NCBI GenBank assembly: GCA_963804645.1
Contig: CAWDRG010000019.1
Coordinates: 1 to 64,000, forward strand
DNA: 64,000 nucleotides
Direction: 5' to 3'
DNA from: an uncultured Bacillota bacterium
GTDB lineage: Bacteria; Sysuimicrobiota; Sysuimicrobiia; Sysuimicrobiales; Segetimicrobiaceae
Part shown: positions 22,150 to 32,259 of the stretch, one piece after another
How the letters are laid out: every line of letters begins with the position of its first letter
Position numbering within the stretch: position 1 is the stretch's first letter
Translations under genes and position numbers: made by a program
Notes under the pieces: model-generated
What the model was told of the DNA's origin: nothing
The model's input: only the letters and a program-made list of their open reading frames with translations
The model's database searches: none

Positions 22150-23730
22150 GTGCTTGCCGCGGCGCTCCGGCTGCACTGGATCGGGTTCGGTTCGCTCGAC
22201 ATCGATGAGGCGTTCACCGTCTGGGTCGCACAGCACCCGCTGCGCGACCTGTGGGGGCTTCTGGGACGCCTCGACGACCACCCGCCGCTCTACTACCTCG
22301 CACTGCACGCGTGGATCGCGCTCGTTGGAGACGGGGCGGTCGCCGTCCGGACGCTGTCCGTGGCGTGCGGGGTGCTGACGGTCGGCAGTGCCTACGCCCT
22401 CGGGCGCATCGTCGGCGGGCACCGGCTGGGGGTCCTCACGGCGCTGTTCGTCGCCTGCGCGCCCGACCTGGTGCAGTGGAGCCAGGAAGCCCGCATGTAC
22501 GCGCTCGAGACGCTCGCGCTGGCGATCGCGATGGTCGCGCTCGCGCGGGCGCTGGCGGGAGACCGGCCGCCGGGCTCCGTCTGGGCGGCGTACGCGGTCG
22601 GGACCGCGGCGGCGGTGTGGACCGAGTACACGGCCGTATTGTTTCCGGTCGCCGTCATCGCGGTGCTCGTGGGCGCGTGGCCCGCCGTCCCGCCGTCGGC
22701 CCGGCGCCAGTTCGTCGCCGACTGGCTCCGCGCCCACGCGGCCGTGGCGCTGCTGTGCGTGCCGCTGCTCTGGCTCGTGGTCCACCAGATCGCGCGGGGG
22801 ACGGTCGTGACCTGGTACGCCCTGAACCCGACCGCACCGCTGGCCACGCTCGTGGTCGGGATCGGTCTCGTCCTCCTGGGACGCGCGATCTGGCGCGCGC
22901 ATCCGCAGTGGACGGCGCTGACCGTCGGACTGTGGGTGGTGCCGATCGCCTGCCTGATCGTGATCTCGTTGCGCGCCCCGATTTTTATCAAGCGCGCGTA
23001 CCTGTGGACCGACGTGCCGCTGTTTCTGGCGGTCGCGGCCGGACTGCTCGCCATTCCCCGGCCCGCGGCGCGCTCCGCGCTGATCGGCGCGGTCGCCGTC
23101 GTAAACCTGCTCGGCGTGTCGGCGCACTACCACAACGACCTGGCGGCGGACGTGCTGCGTCGGTGGGACCAAGCGGCTGCGTACGTGGACGCCCGCGCGC
23201 GGCCGGGAGATCTCATTCTCATCTACGTCCCGTACGTGCAGCCGGCGTTCGACTACTACTTCGGTCCCGCGCACCCCGGCGTCGAGGAGCGTGCCATCCC
23301 CGCCGACATCGTCTCGAGCGGCGTGCTGTTTCCTCCGCTGGCGGCGGGAGACGCGGCCACCGTCCGCGCGCTGGCGTCCGGGCATCCGCGCGTCTGGTTC
23401 GTGCACGGGATGTACCCGAGCGCGCAGGTAATCCTATCTGCGCTCGCCGAGCGCGGGCGCCTCACCGACAGCCGGACAGTGACCGATGCGCTGCACATCT
23501 ACCTGTACCAGATGGGGCAGGCGGATGTGCCCGCGCGGGTCCTCCGGGCCCACGCGCGCGGGGACGGCGGCCCGTCCCGGCGGCGGGCGGGTGTTGCCGC
23601 GATTCGATCCGAATACTCGGACACCGGGGACGCTGAGAGGCGTCGACCAGCCTGTGTGCATGGGGGTGGGGGATGGCGCTGCGAGTTGGCATCCTGGGCG
23701 CGGGGTTCATCGGACGGATTCACGCGCTGA
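22150..23730 (+). CDS. Membrane glycosyltransferase (GT39/PMT-like); boundaries uncertain
   Basis: DE motif (LDIDEA), HPPLYY, SQEARMYAL; many TM helices. Confidence 0.8.
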   Translation: MLAAALRLHWIGFGSLDIDEAFTVWVAQHPLRDLWGLLGRLDDHPPLYYLALHAWIALVGDGAVAVRTLSVACGVLTVGSAYALGRIVGGHRLGVLTALFVACAPDLVQWSQEARMYALETLALAIAMVALARALAGDRPPGSVWAAYAVGTAAAVWTEYTAVLFPVAVIAVLVGAWPAVPPSARRQFVADWLRAHAAVALLCVPLLWLVVHQIARGTVVTWYALNPTAPLATLVVGIGLVLLGRAIWRAHPQWTALTVGLWVVPIACLIVISLRAPIFIKRAYLWTDVPLFLAVAAGLLAIPRPAARSALIGAVAVVNLLGVSAHYHNDLAADVLRRWDQAAAYVDARARPGDLILIYVPYVQPAFDYYFGPAHPGVEERAIPADIVSSGVLFPPLAAGDAATVRALASGHPRVWFVHGMYPSAQVILSALAERGRLTDSRTVTDALHIYLYQMGQADVPARVLRAHARGDGGPSRRRAGVAAIRSEYSDTGDAERRRPACVHGGGGWRCELASWARGSSDGFTR

Positions 23731-24668
23731 ACCTCCGCCGCGATGAGCGGGTGAGCCTGATCGGAATCGCCGATGCGGTGCCGGAGGCCGCGGCGCGCCT
23801 CGCGGGCGAGGTTGGGACGCGGCCGCTGGAAAGCCTCGAGGCGCTGCTCGACGCGGGCGCCGAGGCGGTGTACGTCACGACCCCCAACACGCATCACGTC
23901 GAACCGGTCGTGCGCGCCTTGAAGCACGGCGTCCACGTGTTCTCGGAGAAGCCCATGGCGACGTCGCTGCGCGAGGCCGGGACGATCCGAGATGCGGCGC
24001 GGCACGCGAAGGGCATCTATCAGATCGGGTTCAACCGCCGCTTCGCCAACGTGTACCGCTTCGCGAAGCGCCTGATCGACGACGGGCGCCTCGCGCCGAT
24101 CGCCGCCCAGCTGAAGCACAATCGCGGGGAACTGCAGCAGCCGGTCTGGACGGCCGATCCGCGGGTCACCGGCGGCTATCTGTACGAGACCCCGGTGCAC
24201 CTCTTCGATATGGCCCGGTTCCTGTTCGGTGACGCCGAGGTGATCCAGGGGTGGGCGCGCCAGAGCGTGTACCGGGAGCTCGACGGATTCACGATGCTGC
24301 TGCGGTTCCGAAGCGGGGTCATCGCGTCGCTGACGAGCGTGGCCCACGCCACCTGGCTGTTCCCCTCGGAGCGCATCGAGGTGTACGGCGCCCACGCGTC
24401 GGTGGTGACCGAAGAGCTCGAGCGCGCCTCGTTCAGCGGCGGACCCCGCGTGCAGGCGGATGCCATCGACTGCGCCGCGATGCCGTTCGAGCAGAAGTGG
24501 GGATACGTCGTCGAGGACGGGCTATTCGTCGACGCGGCGCTGGGCGAGCGACCGTCGCCGGTGACCGCGGAGGACGGATACCGCGCGACCGAGCTCGTCG
24601 AGGCCTGCTATCGTGCCGCGCGCGGCGCGGAACCGGTTTCTCTGCCCCTGCCCGACGCGACCGCGTAA
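23673..24668 (+). CDS. Gfo/Idh/MocA oxidoreductase
   Basis: GILGAGFIG, HVFSEKPMA, GFNRRF. Confidence 0.9.
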   Translation: MALRVGILGAGFIGRIHALNLRRDERVSLIGIADAVPEAAARLAGEVGTRPLESLEALLDAGAEAVYVTTPNTHHVEPVVRALKHGVHVFSEKPMATSLREAGTIRDAARHAKGIYQIGFNRRFANVYRFAKRLIDDGRLAPIAAQLKHNRGELQQPVWTADPRVTGGYLYETPVHLFDMARFLFGDAEVIQGWARQSVYRELDGFTMLLRFRSGVIASLTSVAHATWLFPSERIEVYGAHASVVTEELERASFSGGPRVQADAIDCAAMPFEQKWGYVVEDGLFVDAALGERPSPVTAEDGYRATELVEACYRAARGAEPVSLPLPDATA

Positions 24669-25654
24669 CCCCACGTGGCGGACGCCGCGTGCGGCCCGAC
24701 CCGCGGCACGCGCCCGTACCGTACCGCCCAGTACGAGCCGAGCACCAGCGCGGCGGCGGCCGCTTGGGCCGCGAGTCCCTCCGCATTCGGGTACACCGAG
24801 AACCAGACGCCCGCCCACGCCGGGACCGGCAGATGGAGGGGGCTCGCGGGGATCCAGCCCGCCGCCTGCATCTGCTCGACAGTCTCGCCGACCATGAGCA
24901 CGAGCACGCCGCCGAGCATGACGCCGGTCGCGACCAGCATCCGGCGGTACGGGAGTCGGTGCTGCGCGAAGAACGTCAACGCGGCGGTGATCAGCGTCAG
25001 GCCGACGCCGATTCCCGCGCCGATGAGCGTCGCCTGATGGCCAACTTGGAGCCGGATATTCTGGAGCAGGACGACCGTTTCGAACCCCTCGCGGTACGTC
25101 GCCGTGAAGCCGAGCAGCGCGAGGCCCCGCCACAGGAGGGCGGGCGCGCGGCCGGAGGCGCCCAGCAGCGCGCGGGACGTCCGCGCGTGGCGACTGATCC
25201 ACCCGGTCCAGTAGACGCGGTGCACGAACCAGTTCATGACGACGAGGAGCACCGCGACGGCGACCACACCGGTGGCCGCCAGGACGTCGAGCGCGGGCGC
25301 GTCCACCGCGGCGAGCGCCGCGAGCAGCATGTACCAGGTCACCACGGTCGCGGCGAGCGCGGCGCCGACGCCCCAGAAGACGGCACGCCCGTCGAGCGGT
25401 CCGCTCTGGCCGAGGCTCGCGCAGATTGCGGCCAGGACGAGCGTCGCTTCGAGGCCTTGGCGAAACACCAGAATTCCGGTATCGACGACGGCGGCGGCCA
25501 GCGTGAGGTGGTGATTCGTCGGGTCGGGGCTGCCGTGCTGCGTGACGCTCTGCCAGATGAGAACCCCCGCGAGAAGAAGCACCGCGGCGGAGGCTGAGGC
25601 GGCGGTCGGAATGCGCACCGGGGCCCTGCGACCGTGGGGCGCCATGCCGAACAT
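24608..25654 (-). CDS. FTR1-family iron permease
   Basis: RQGLE and YREGFE motifs, MQAAGW. Confidence 0.85.
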   Translation of the reverse strand: MFGMAPHGRRAPVRIPTAASASAAVLLLAGVLIWQSVTQHGSPDPTNHHLTLAAAVVDTGILVFRQGLEATLVLAAICASLGQSGPLDGRAVFWGVGAALAATVVTWYMLLAALAAVDAPALDVLAATGVVAVAVLLVVMNWFVHRVYWTGWISRHARTSRALLGASGRAPALLWRGLALLGFTATYREGFETVVLLQNIRLQVGHQATLIGAGIGVGLTLITAALTFFAQHRLPYRRMLVATGVMLGGVLVLMVGETVEQMQAAGWIPASPLHLPVPAWAGVWFSVYPNAEGLAAQAAAAALVLGSYWAVRYGRVPRVGPHAASATWGYAVASGRGRETGSAPRAAR

Positions 25655-25956
25655 TTCTTCGGCATCTCCTCGGTGGCCTGCGGCGAGACGGGACCGTGAA
25701 CCGGCGAATTCGGCGGGTTTTGACGAAAATTCCGCAGCACACCTGTGCGCATGGGCCGATTTTCCTATGCGGACTGGGCCGATATAGGCCGAAGATCCTA
25801 TGCGATCGCGCGCGCTCTAGATAGGAAGCTGGGTACAGGGACAGAATAACGCGCGGTGCGCATTTTCGTGCAGCAGGAGGTCGTTCGCCACGCGCCCCGG
25901 CCCGCCGAGCATCCGGGCGATGGGGGCTGCGCGTGCCGGGCTGGGGCGGCGCCGCG

Positions 25957-26769
25957 GTGAACCCGTTACGGGACCGATCGGTCTCGCTGCCCCGCGTGGA
26001 CGGCACACCGTGGCTGCTGGGCATCCTGGCGGCGAGCCTTGTCTCCCACCTGGCGTCGCCATTTCTGCTCTCCCTCGTCGAGCTCACCCCCGCGACCGCG
26101 GCCGCGGCCGCTCGGCATGCGCTGACGCCCGTCGCGCTCGGGAACTCCTTGCTGACCGCGACGATCGCCACCGCGATCGTGATGCTCGTGGGGACGCCGT
26201 TCGCGTACCTGCTGGCGCGGCGCACGTTCACTGGGAAGCGCGCGCTCATGGTGCTCGCCTACGCGTTGCTGCTGCTGCCGCCGCTGGTGGGCGGCGTGGT
26301 GCTGCTCGGCGTGTTCGGGGCCCACACCCTCATCGGAGACTGGCTGGTGACCCGGGGCGTGCGGGTCACCGCCTGGTGGATCGTGGTGGCCTCGCAGGCC
26401 TGCGTGTCCGCCCCGTACCTCGTGATTACGGGGCGCGTGGCGTTTGGGGCGCTCGACCCATCGCTCGAGCACGTCTCGCTCACGCTCGGGAAGACTCCCC
26501 TCGTCACGTTTCTTCGCGTGTCGCTCCCGCTCGCGCGTCCGTGGATTCTCGCGGCGGTGCCGCTCGTGTGGCTGCGGGCGCTCAGCGAGTCGGGCACGAT
26601 CTCTGCGGCCGCGGCCCAGCGGCCGGCCGGGTTCGTGATCTCGGGCGTGCGGGCGCTGGGCGACGTACTGCCGACCGCCGCCACGGTCGTGCTCTTGTTC
26701 CTGGCGATCTTCGCGCTCACCCAGGTGTTCGGGCCTCGGCGAGCCGGGCAGGTCGGTCCTGATGCTTGA
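25957..26769 (+). CDS. ModB-like ABC permease (divergent)
   Basis: GTPFAYLLAR, LPPLVGG, EAA-like LEHVSLTLG...FLRVSLPLA. Confidence 0.75.
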   Translation: MNPLRDRSVSLPRVDGTPWLLGILAASLVSHLASPFLLSLVELTPATAAAAARHALTPVALGNSLLTATIATAIVMLVGTPFAYLLARRTFTGKRALMVLAYALLLLPPLVGGVVLLGVFGAHTLIGDWLVTRGVRVTAWWIVVASQACVSAPYLVITGRVAFGALDPSLEHVSLTLGKTPLVTFLRVSLPLARPWILAAVPLVWLRALSESGTISAAAAQRPAGFVISGVRALGDVLPTAATVVLLFLAIFALTQVFGPRRAGQVGPDA

Positions 26770-27847
26770 CGTGGCGCTGACCGTTCGGCGCGACGGATTC
26801 GTCTTGGATGCGGGGTTTGCGTCGCGGCACCAGCGCGTGGCGATCGTGGGACCGTCCCGGGCCGGCAAGACACTCGCGCTGCGGTGCATCGCCGGCGTCG
26901 CGCCGCTCGACCGCGGGCACGTCGTGATCGGCGACACCGCCCTCTACGATTCCCGGAGGCGGATCGACGTCCGCCCGTGGCGCCGCCGCATCGCGCTGGT
27001 GCCGTCATGGTACGGGCTGCTGCCCCATTTGTCGGTCGCCGCGAACATCGCCTACGGGCTCGCGAAGGTGTGGCGCGGGCGCGAGCGCACCCGGGTCGAT
27101 ACGCTGCTGGCGGTCGTGGGACTCGACGGGGTCGGCGACCGCCGCCCGGCCGACCTCTCGCCGGCCGAGCAGCAGCGGGTCGCGCTGGCACAGGCGCTGG
27201 CGGGCGACCCGAGCCTGCTGCTGCTGGACGACCCGTTTGCGTCAGCCGACGTGCTGGCGCGCGAGCAGCTGCGCGTGGACCTGCTGACCCTGCTCGACGC
27301 GTTCGAGACCCCAATGATCTACGTCACCCGCGACTTCGATGAGGCGTACCTGCTCGGGGAAACCGTGGTGGTGCTCACCGCCGGCCGGGTGGCCCAAGTG
27401 GGAATGCCGGCCGAGATCTCGGCCCGGCCCCGGACCGCGACCGTCGCGCGGCTGGTTGGGGCGACGAACGTGGTCACCGGGAGGGTCATCGGCCGGTCCG
27501 ACGATGAGGTCGAGGTCGAGGCGGGCCTCCTGCGCATCTGGGCGGCCGCGAAGCAGTATCCAGTCGGTTCGAGCGCGACGTTTGCGGTGCGGTGCGGAGA
27601 CATCCGGGTCGTCGACCCGGGGCCGGGCCGGCCGAACGTCACCGTTTCGCGGGTGCTGCGGCGCAACGGCGGCACCACCGTGATCCTGGCCGCCGGTGAC
27701 ACGATGCTTGAAGCCGCGGTGTCGGGCCCCGCGCCAACGCCCGGGACGGTCGTCGGCATCGAGATCGCGCCGGGCGCCGCGCACGTCGTGGTGCCCGACG
27801 AGGCCGCCACCGGCGCGTTGGGCGCCGGGTTCGCCGACGTCGAGTAG
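26762..27847 (+). CDS. ModC-like ABC ATP-binding protein with degenerate catalytic motifs and TOBE-like tail
   Basis: GPSRAGKT, LSPAEQQRVALA, LLLLDDPF, YVTRD. Confidence 0.8.
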   Translation: MLDVALTVRRDGFVLDAGFASRHQRVAIVGPSRAGKTLALRCIAGVAPLDRGHVVIGDTALYDSRRRIDVRPWRRRIALVPSWYGLLPHLSVAANIAYGLAKVWRGRERTRVDTLLAVVGLDGVGDRRPADLSPAEQQRVALAQALAGDPSLLLLDDPFASADVLAREQLRVDLLTLLDAFETPMIYVTRDFDEAYLLGETVVVLTAGRVAQVGMPAEISARPRTATVARLVGATNVVTGRVIGRSDDEVEVEAGLLRIWAAAKQYPVGSSATFAVRCGDIRVVDPGPGRPNVTVSRVLRRNGGTTVILAAGDTMLEAAVSGPAPTPGTVVGIEIAPGAAHVVVPDEAATGALGAGFADVE

Positions 27848-28213
27848 CGCAGGCGCGGCCCGGGCACCCCACCCGGCGCGCGGCCGCCCCTCCGCGCCGC
27901 GCGGCCGCCCCTCCGCGCCGCGCGGCTCCAACAGCCGCACGCGCACTTGCCACACCCGGTGAGGTCCGCTCGGGCCCGGATCGGCGTCCCCACCGCATCG
28001 CTCCGCCACCCTTTACGACCGGAACAGCATCGACTGCGGCCGAACGGCCGGGCTCAGACGTCCGGCGCGGCGTCGTTTCCGCGTCCGGGCTGACGCTCGA
28101 TGCACCTATCTGGTTGCTCGCACGGAGACTATACTACAGAGTAGGTAACGACTCCGTGAACGCGGTAGGAGTCAGGTAGGTCGGCCGATAAGTACACGAG
28201 ACTGTCGATCGAG

Positions 28214-29293
28214 GTGATGGCGTTGTCCAAGGAACTGCCCCCGGCTCGGATGCGCGTCCTTCGGTACCCGCTTGAGACGTTTTCAGAGGCCGCTGCGACC
28301 ATGCGCAACGTCCTCTACGAGATCAAGAAGGTCATCGTCGGCCAGGACCTGATGCTCGAGCGGATTCTCGTGGCCCTCTTGTCCCGCGGCCACATCCTCA
28401 TCGAGGGCGTGCCGGGACTCGCCAAGACGCTCGCGATCAAGACCTCGGCACAGGTGCTCGACTGCCAGTTCCGGCGGATCCAGTTCACGCCGGACCTGGT
28501 CCCGGCGGACCTGATCGGGACGCGGATCTACAATCAGCAGTCCGGGACGTTCGAGGTCGAGCTCGGCCCGACGTTCTCGAACCTGGTGCTCGCCGACGAG
28601 ATCAACCGGGCGCCGGCGAAGGTGCAGTCGGCGCTGCTCGAGGCGATGCAGGAGCGTCAGGTCACGATCGGCAAGCAGACGTTTGCGCTGCCGGATCCGT
28701 TCTTGGTGCTCGCCACGCAGAACCCGATCGAGAGTGAGGGGACGTACCCGCTCCCCGAAGCGCAGGTCGACCGGTTCATGTTCAAGGTCGTGATCTCCTA
28801 TCCGTCGTTCCACGAGGAGCTGACCGTCGTCGAGCGCGTGACCGAGCACACCCCGGCGGTGAAGACGGTGATCACCGGGGCCCAGCTGCTGGAGCTGCAG
28901 AAGATCGCGGAAGCCGTGTACGTCGACCCGAAGCTGCACGAGTACGCCGTGAACCTCGTCAATGCGACCCGGCGGCCGCAGGATTACGGCCTCGGCGGGT
29001 TCGAGCGGTTCGTGTCCTACGGCGCGAGCCCCCGCGGGTCGCTCAATCTGATCATCGGGGCCAAGGCGATCGCGCTGATGCGCGGTCGCGAGTACGCGAT
29101 GCCGGAGGACGTGCGCGACCTCGCGCCGGAGGTGCTGCGGCACCGGATCCTGCTGTCGTACGAGGCGCTCGCACAAGACGTCACGCCCGATCAGCTGCTG
29201 CGCCGCGTGATGGACGCGGTGCCCGCACCCAGAGTGCATATCGGAGACCCCTATGGAGACTCCCGAACGGGTATTGAAGCGCCTCGAGTTTAA
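28214..29293 (+). CDS. moxR: MoxR-family AAA+ ATPase
   Basis: EGVPGLAKT, RIQFTPDL.P.D, LADEINRAPAKVQSALLEAM.E. Confidence 0.95.
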   Translation: MMALSKELPPARMRVLRYPLETFSEAAATMRNVLYEIKKVIVGQDLMLERILVALLSRGHILIEGVPGLAKTLAIKTSAQVLDCQFRRIQFTPDLVPADLIGTRIYNQQSGTFEVELGPTFSNLVLADEINRAPAKVQSALLEAMQERQVTIGKQTFALPDPFLVLATQNPIESEGTYPLPEAQVDRFMFKVVISYPSFHEELTVVERVTEHTPAVKTVITGAQLLELQKIAEAVYVDPKLHEYAVNLVNATRRPQDYGLGGFERFVSYGASPRGSLNLIIGAKAIALMRGREYAMPEDVRDLAPEVLRHRILLSYEALAQDVTPDQLLRRVMDAVPAPRVHIGDPYGDSRTGIEAPRV

Positions 29294-30152
29294 GGTCGTT
29301 CGCCGGCTCGACGGCTATCTCTTCGGCGACTACCGCGGGGTGTTCTACGGCCCGAGCCTCGACCTGGCCGAGGTGCGCGAGTACCAGCCCGGGGATGAGG
29401 TGCGCCGGATCGATTGGAACGTCACGGCGCGGATGAATCGCCTCTACGTCCGGCAGTACCTCGAGGAGAAGGAGCTGACGGCGTGGCTGCTGGTCGACCT
29501 CACGCCGTCGATGTCCTTCGGCACCATCCGCCAGTTCAAGCGACAGCTCGCGATCGAGTTCGCGGGGGTGGCGTCGTATATTGTGACGCGGCACGGCGAC
29601 AAGGTCGGGGCGCTGGTCTTTCCGTCGGAGCGGGGGCTCGGCTACATCCCGCCGCGGGCCGGCCGGCTCCAGGCGCTGCGGATCATCCACGACCTCTCGG
29701 TGCTCCCGGAAACGGTCGGCGGCGGGCGCACGGATTTGACCGCGATGCTCCACCAGCTGGGCCGGGTGGTGAAGCGGCGGTCGCTCATATTTCTCATTTC
29801 GGACTTCCACGCGCCCGAGGGATGGGAGAGCGGCCTCGCCGAGCTGCAGCACCGCCACGAGGTCATTGCCGTGCGGATCGAAGATCCCCGTGAGCGTGAG
29901 CTGCCGGATGTGGGCGGCGTGCATCTGCACGACCCCGAGACCGGGCAGCAGCTGTGGGTCGATACCTCAGACCGGCGCGTCCGGCAGACGTACCGCGACC
30001 TCGTCGCGGCCCGTGACGCACGCCTGACAGAGATCATGCGGCGCTCCGGCGTGGATCTGCTCACGCTGTCCACCGAGGCGTCGGTCGTGGAACCGCTCCT
30101 GAAATTCATCTTGTTCCGGAGGCGGCGGCGGTGGAATTTACCTGGCCGGTAA
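29253..30152 (+). CDS. DUF58 protein
   Basis: REYQPGDEVRRIDWNVTAR, ISDF. Confidence 0.92.
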   Translation: METPERVLKRLEFKVVRRLDGYLFGDYRGVFYGPSLDLAEVREYQPGDEVRRIDWNVTARMNRLYVRQYLEEKELTAWLLVDLTPSMSFGTIRQFKRQLAIEFAGVASYIVTRHGDKVGALVFPSERGLGYIPPRAGRLQALRIIHDLSVLPETVGGGRTDLTAMLHQLGRVVKRRSLIFLISDFHAPEGWESGLAELQHRHEVIAVRIEDPRERELPDVGGVHLHDPETGQQLWVDTSDRRVRQTYRDLVAARDARLTEIMRRSGVDLLTLSTEASVVEPLLKFILFRRRRRWNLPGR

Positions 30153-31186
30153 TGCTCTGGGGCTTGTTCCTGCTGCCGGTGTTCGTGGCGTGGTACGTGT
30201 TCGGCGTGCGCCGCGTGCGGGGCCGGGCGGCCCAGCGCTTCGCGGAGGCCCCGCTGTTTTCACAGCTTGCGATCCGGCTGCCGGCGGTGCGGCGCCACAT
30301 CGCGATGGCGCTGTACTTCGTCGCGCTCGCCCTGTGCCTCGTGGCCGCCGCGCGGCCGGTGATGGCGATTCCGCTGCCGGTGGACAAGGCCGTCGTGATC
30401 CTGCTGATCGACACGAGCGGCAGCATGCAGGCGCCCGATGTGGCCCCGTCGCGCCTCGAAGCGGCGAAGGCGGCGGCCAAGACGTTCGTGGACAACTTCC
30501 CGCAGGGGCCGCGGATCGGGCTCATGACGTTCAGCACGTATCCGACCCTCAACGTGCCGCCGACGCCGGACCATCAGGCGATCAAGGATGCGATCGACGC
30601 GATCAAGCCCCAAGAGGCGACGGCGATCGGTGAAGGGATCGCGGCGGCGATGAAGGCGATCCCGGGCCGCACGGTCCCGACGGAGGAGCCGCAGCCGGGT
30701 CCGTTCGGGGGCAGCCCCTTTGGGCAGCAGCCGCAGCCGCCGGTGCAGCCCACGCCGGCGCCCCAGCCGCAGCCGGGGGAGACGATCGACGACGTGCCGG
30801 CGGCGATCATCATGGCGAGCGACGGCGGCCAGAACGCCGGACGTGCGGACCCCCTCCGGATGGCGATTCTCGCGAAAACGGAGAAGGTCAAGATCTACAC
30901 GATCGGGCTCGGCACGCCCGGGGGCGGCGTGTTCCAGTATCAGGGCCAGATGGTCATGGTCCCCTTCGACCCGTCGCTGCTGCAGCAGATCGCCGCGATC
31001 ACCGACGGGAAGTTCTTTTTCACGCCGACGGCGAACGACCTGCGCCAGATCTACCGCGATCTCGGACGGTCGATCGGCTGGGAGAAGCGGAAGACCGAGG
31101 TCTCCGCGCTGATGGTCGGCGGTGCCGGGGTGCTCATGCTCGGCGGGGGGCTGGTGTCGATGCTGTGGATGGGGCGGCTGCCGTGA
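30131..31186 (+). CDS. Membrane-anchored vWA (BatA-like) protein
   Basis: MIDAS DTSGSM, TAIGEG, SDG; TM helices at both ends; P/Q-rich insert. Confidence 0.9.
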   Translation: MEFTWPVMLWGLFLLPVFVAWYVFGVRRVRGRAAQRFAEAPLFSQLAIRLPAVRRHIAMALYFVALALCLVAAARPVMAIPLPVDKAVVILLIDTSGSMQAPDVAPSRLEAAKAAAKTFVDNFPQGPRIGLMTFSTYPTLNVPPTPDHQAIKDAIDAIKPQEATAIGEGIAAAMKAIPGRTVPTEEPQPGPFGGSPFGQQPQPPVQPTPAPQPQPGETIDDVPAAIIMASDGGQNAGRADPLRMAILAKTEKVKIYTIGLGTPGGGVFQYQGQMVMVPFDPSLLQQIAAITDGKFFFTPTANDLRQIYRDLGRSIGWEKRKTEVSALMVGGAGVLMLGGGLVSMLWMGRLP

Positions 31187-32187
31187 CCTTCCTCTGGCCG
31201 TGGGCGCTCCTCCTGTATCTGCTCGTGCCGCTGCTGGTGTGGGCGTACGTCTGGATCCTGCGGCGACCTCCCCGCGAGCGGATGACGTACTCGACGCTCG
31301 ACCTCGTCGCGAAGGCGGCCGAGGCGGGCGGACGCTGGCGGCGGCACGTGCCCGCGGCGTTCTATCTCGCGACGCTGTGCGCGGTGATCTTCACGGTGGC
31401 GCGCCCGCAGGCGCCGGTGCCGATCCCGGACAACCGCACCGTCGTCATGATGAGCATCGACGTGAGCCGCAGCATGATGGCCACCGATGTCCCGCCGGAC
31501 CGGCTCGACGCGGCGAAGGCCGCGGCCGTAAAGTTCGTCCAGGCGCTGCCCGCGGACACGAAGGTGGGGGTCGTCTCGTTCAGCAGTTACGCCACGCTGG
31601 TGACCCCGCCGACGGCGGACCACGATCGGGTGATCGCGGCGATCAACAACCTCGATTTGGAGTTCGCGACCGCGATCGGGGACGGCCTGCTTGAGGCGGT
31701 GTACGCCCTCCCGGGCCGCCCGCGCCTCACGAACTCGTTTGACCGCTACGGGTCGCCCACGCTGCCGACCGTGCCGCCGGTGGACACCGACCAGCTGCCT
31801 CCCGCCACGGTCGTGCTCCTGAGCGACGGACAATCAAACCGCGGGGTGCCGCCCGAGCAGGCGTCGGCGGTCGCGAAGCAGTACAAGGTGAAGGTGTACA
31901 CGATCGGCCTCGGGCGCCCCGAGGGCACGTTCCTGGAGCTCGGGGGCCACAGCATCTTCGTCCGCCTCGACGAGGAGACGCTGAAGGGCATCGCCGATGA
32001 AACCGGCGGCACCTACCAGCGCGTCACGACGGCCGGCGACCTGAACCGGGTCTACACCCATCTCGGCCGCGTCATCGGCTGGGAGTTCCGGCCGGTCGAA
32101 GTGAGCGGGCTGGCCGCGGTCGGGGTCGCCGCGCTGTTCGTCGGCACCATGGCCGTGTCGCTGTTCTGGATGCACCGGCTCGGCTGA
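31183..32187 (+). CDS. Membrane-anchored vWA protein (paralog)
   Basis: DVSRSM, TAIGDG, LLSDG. Confidence 0.9.
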   Translation: MTFLWPWALLLYLLVPLLVWAYVWILRRPPRERMTYSTLDLVAKAAEAGGRWRRHVPAAFYLATLCAVIFTVARPQAPVPIPDNRTVVMMSIDVSRSMMATDVPPDRLDAAKAAAVKFVQALPADTKVGVVSFSSYATLVTPPTADHDRVIAAINNLDLEFATAIGDGLLEAVYALPGRPRLTNSFDRYGSPTLPTVPPVDTDQLPPATVVLLSDGQSNRGVPPEQASAVAKQYKVKVYTIGLGRPEGTFLELGGHSIFVRLDEETLKGIADETGGTYQRVTTAGDLNRVYTHLGRVIGWEFRPVEVSGLAAVGVAALFVGTMAVSLFWMHRLG

Positions 32188-32259
32188 CCGGGCCGGCGCG
32201 CGCCCACGCGACCCGCCTCACGCCCGCTCGTGATCGCTGCGCCGCTCGGGGGGAGTAGT

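Noticed and set aside
27877..27925. 21-bp GC-rich tandem duplication
   Set aside because: Two copies in an intergenic region; likely slippage.
28214..32187. MoxR-DUF58-vWA-vWA as a novel system
   Set aside because: A well-known, widespread operon.
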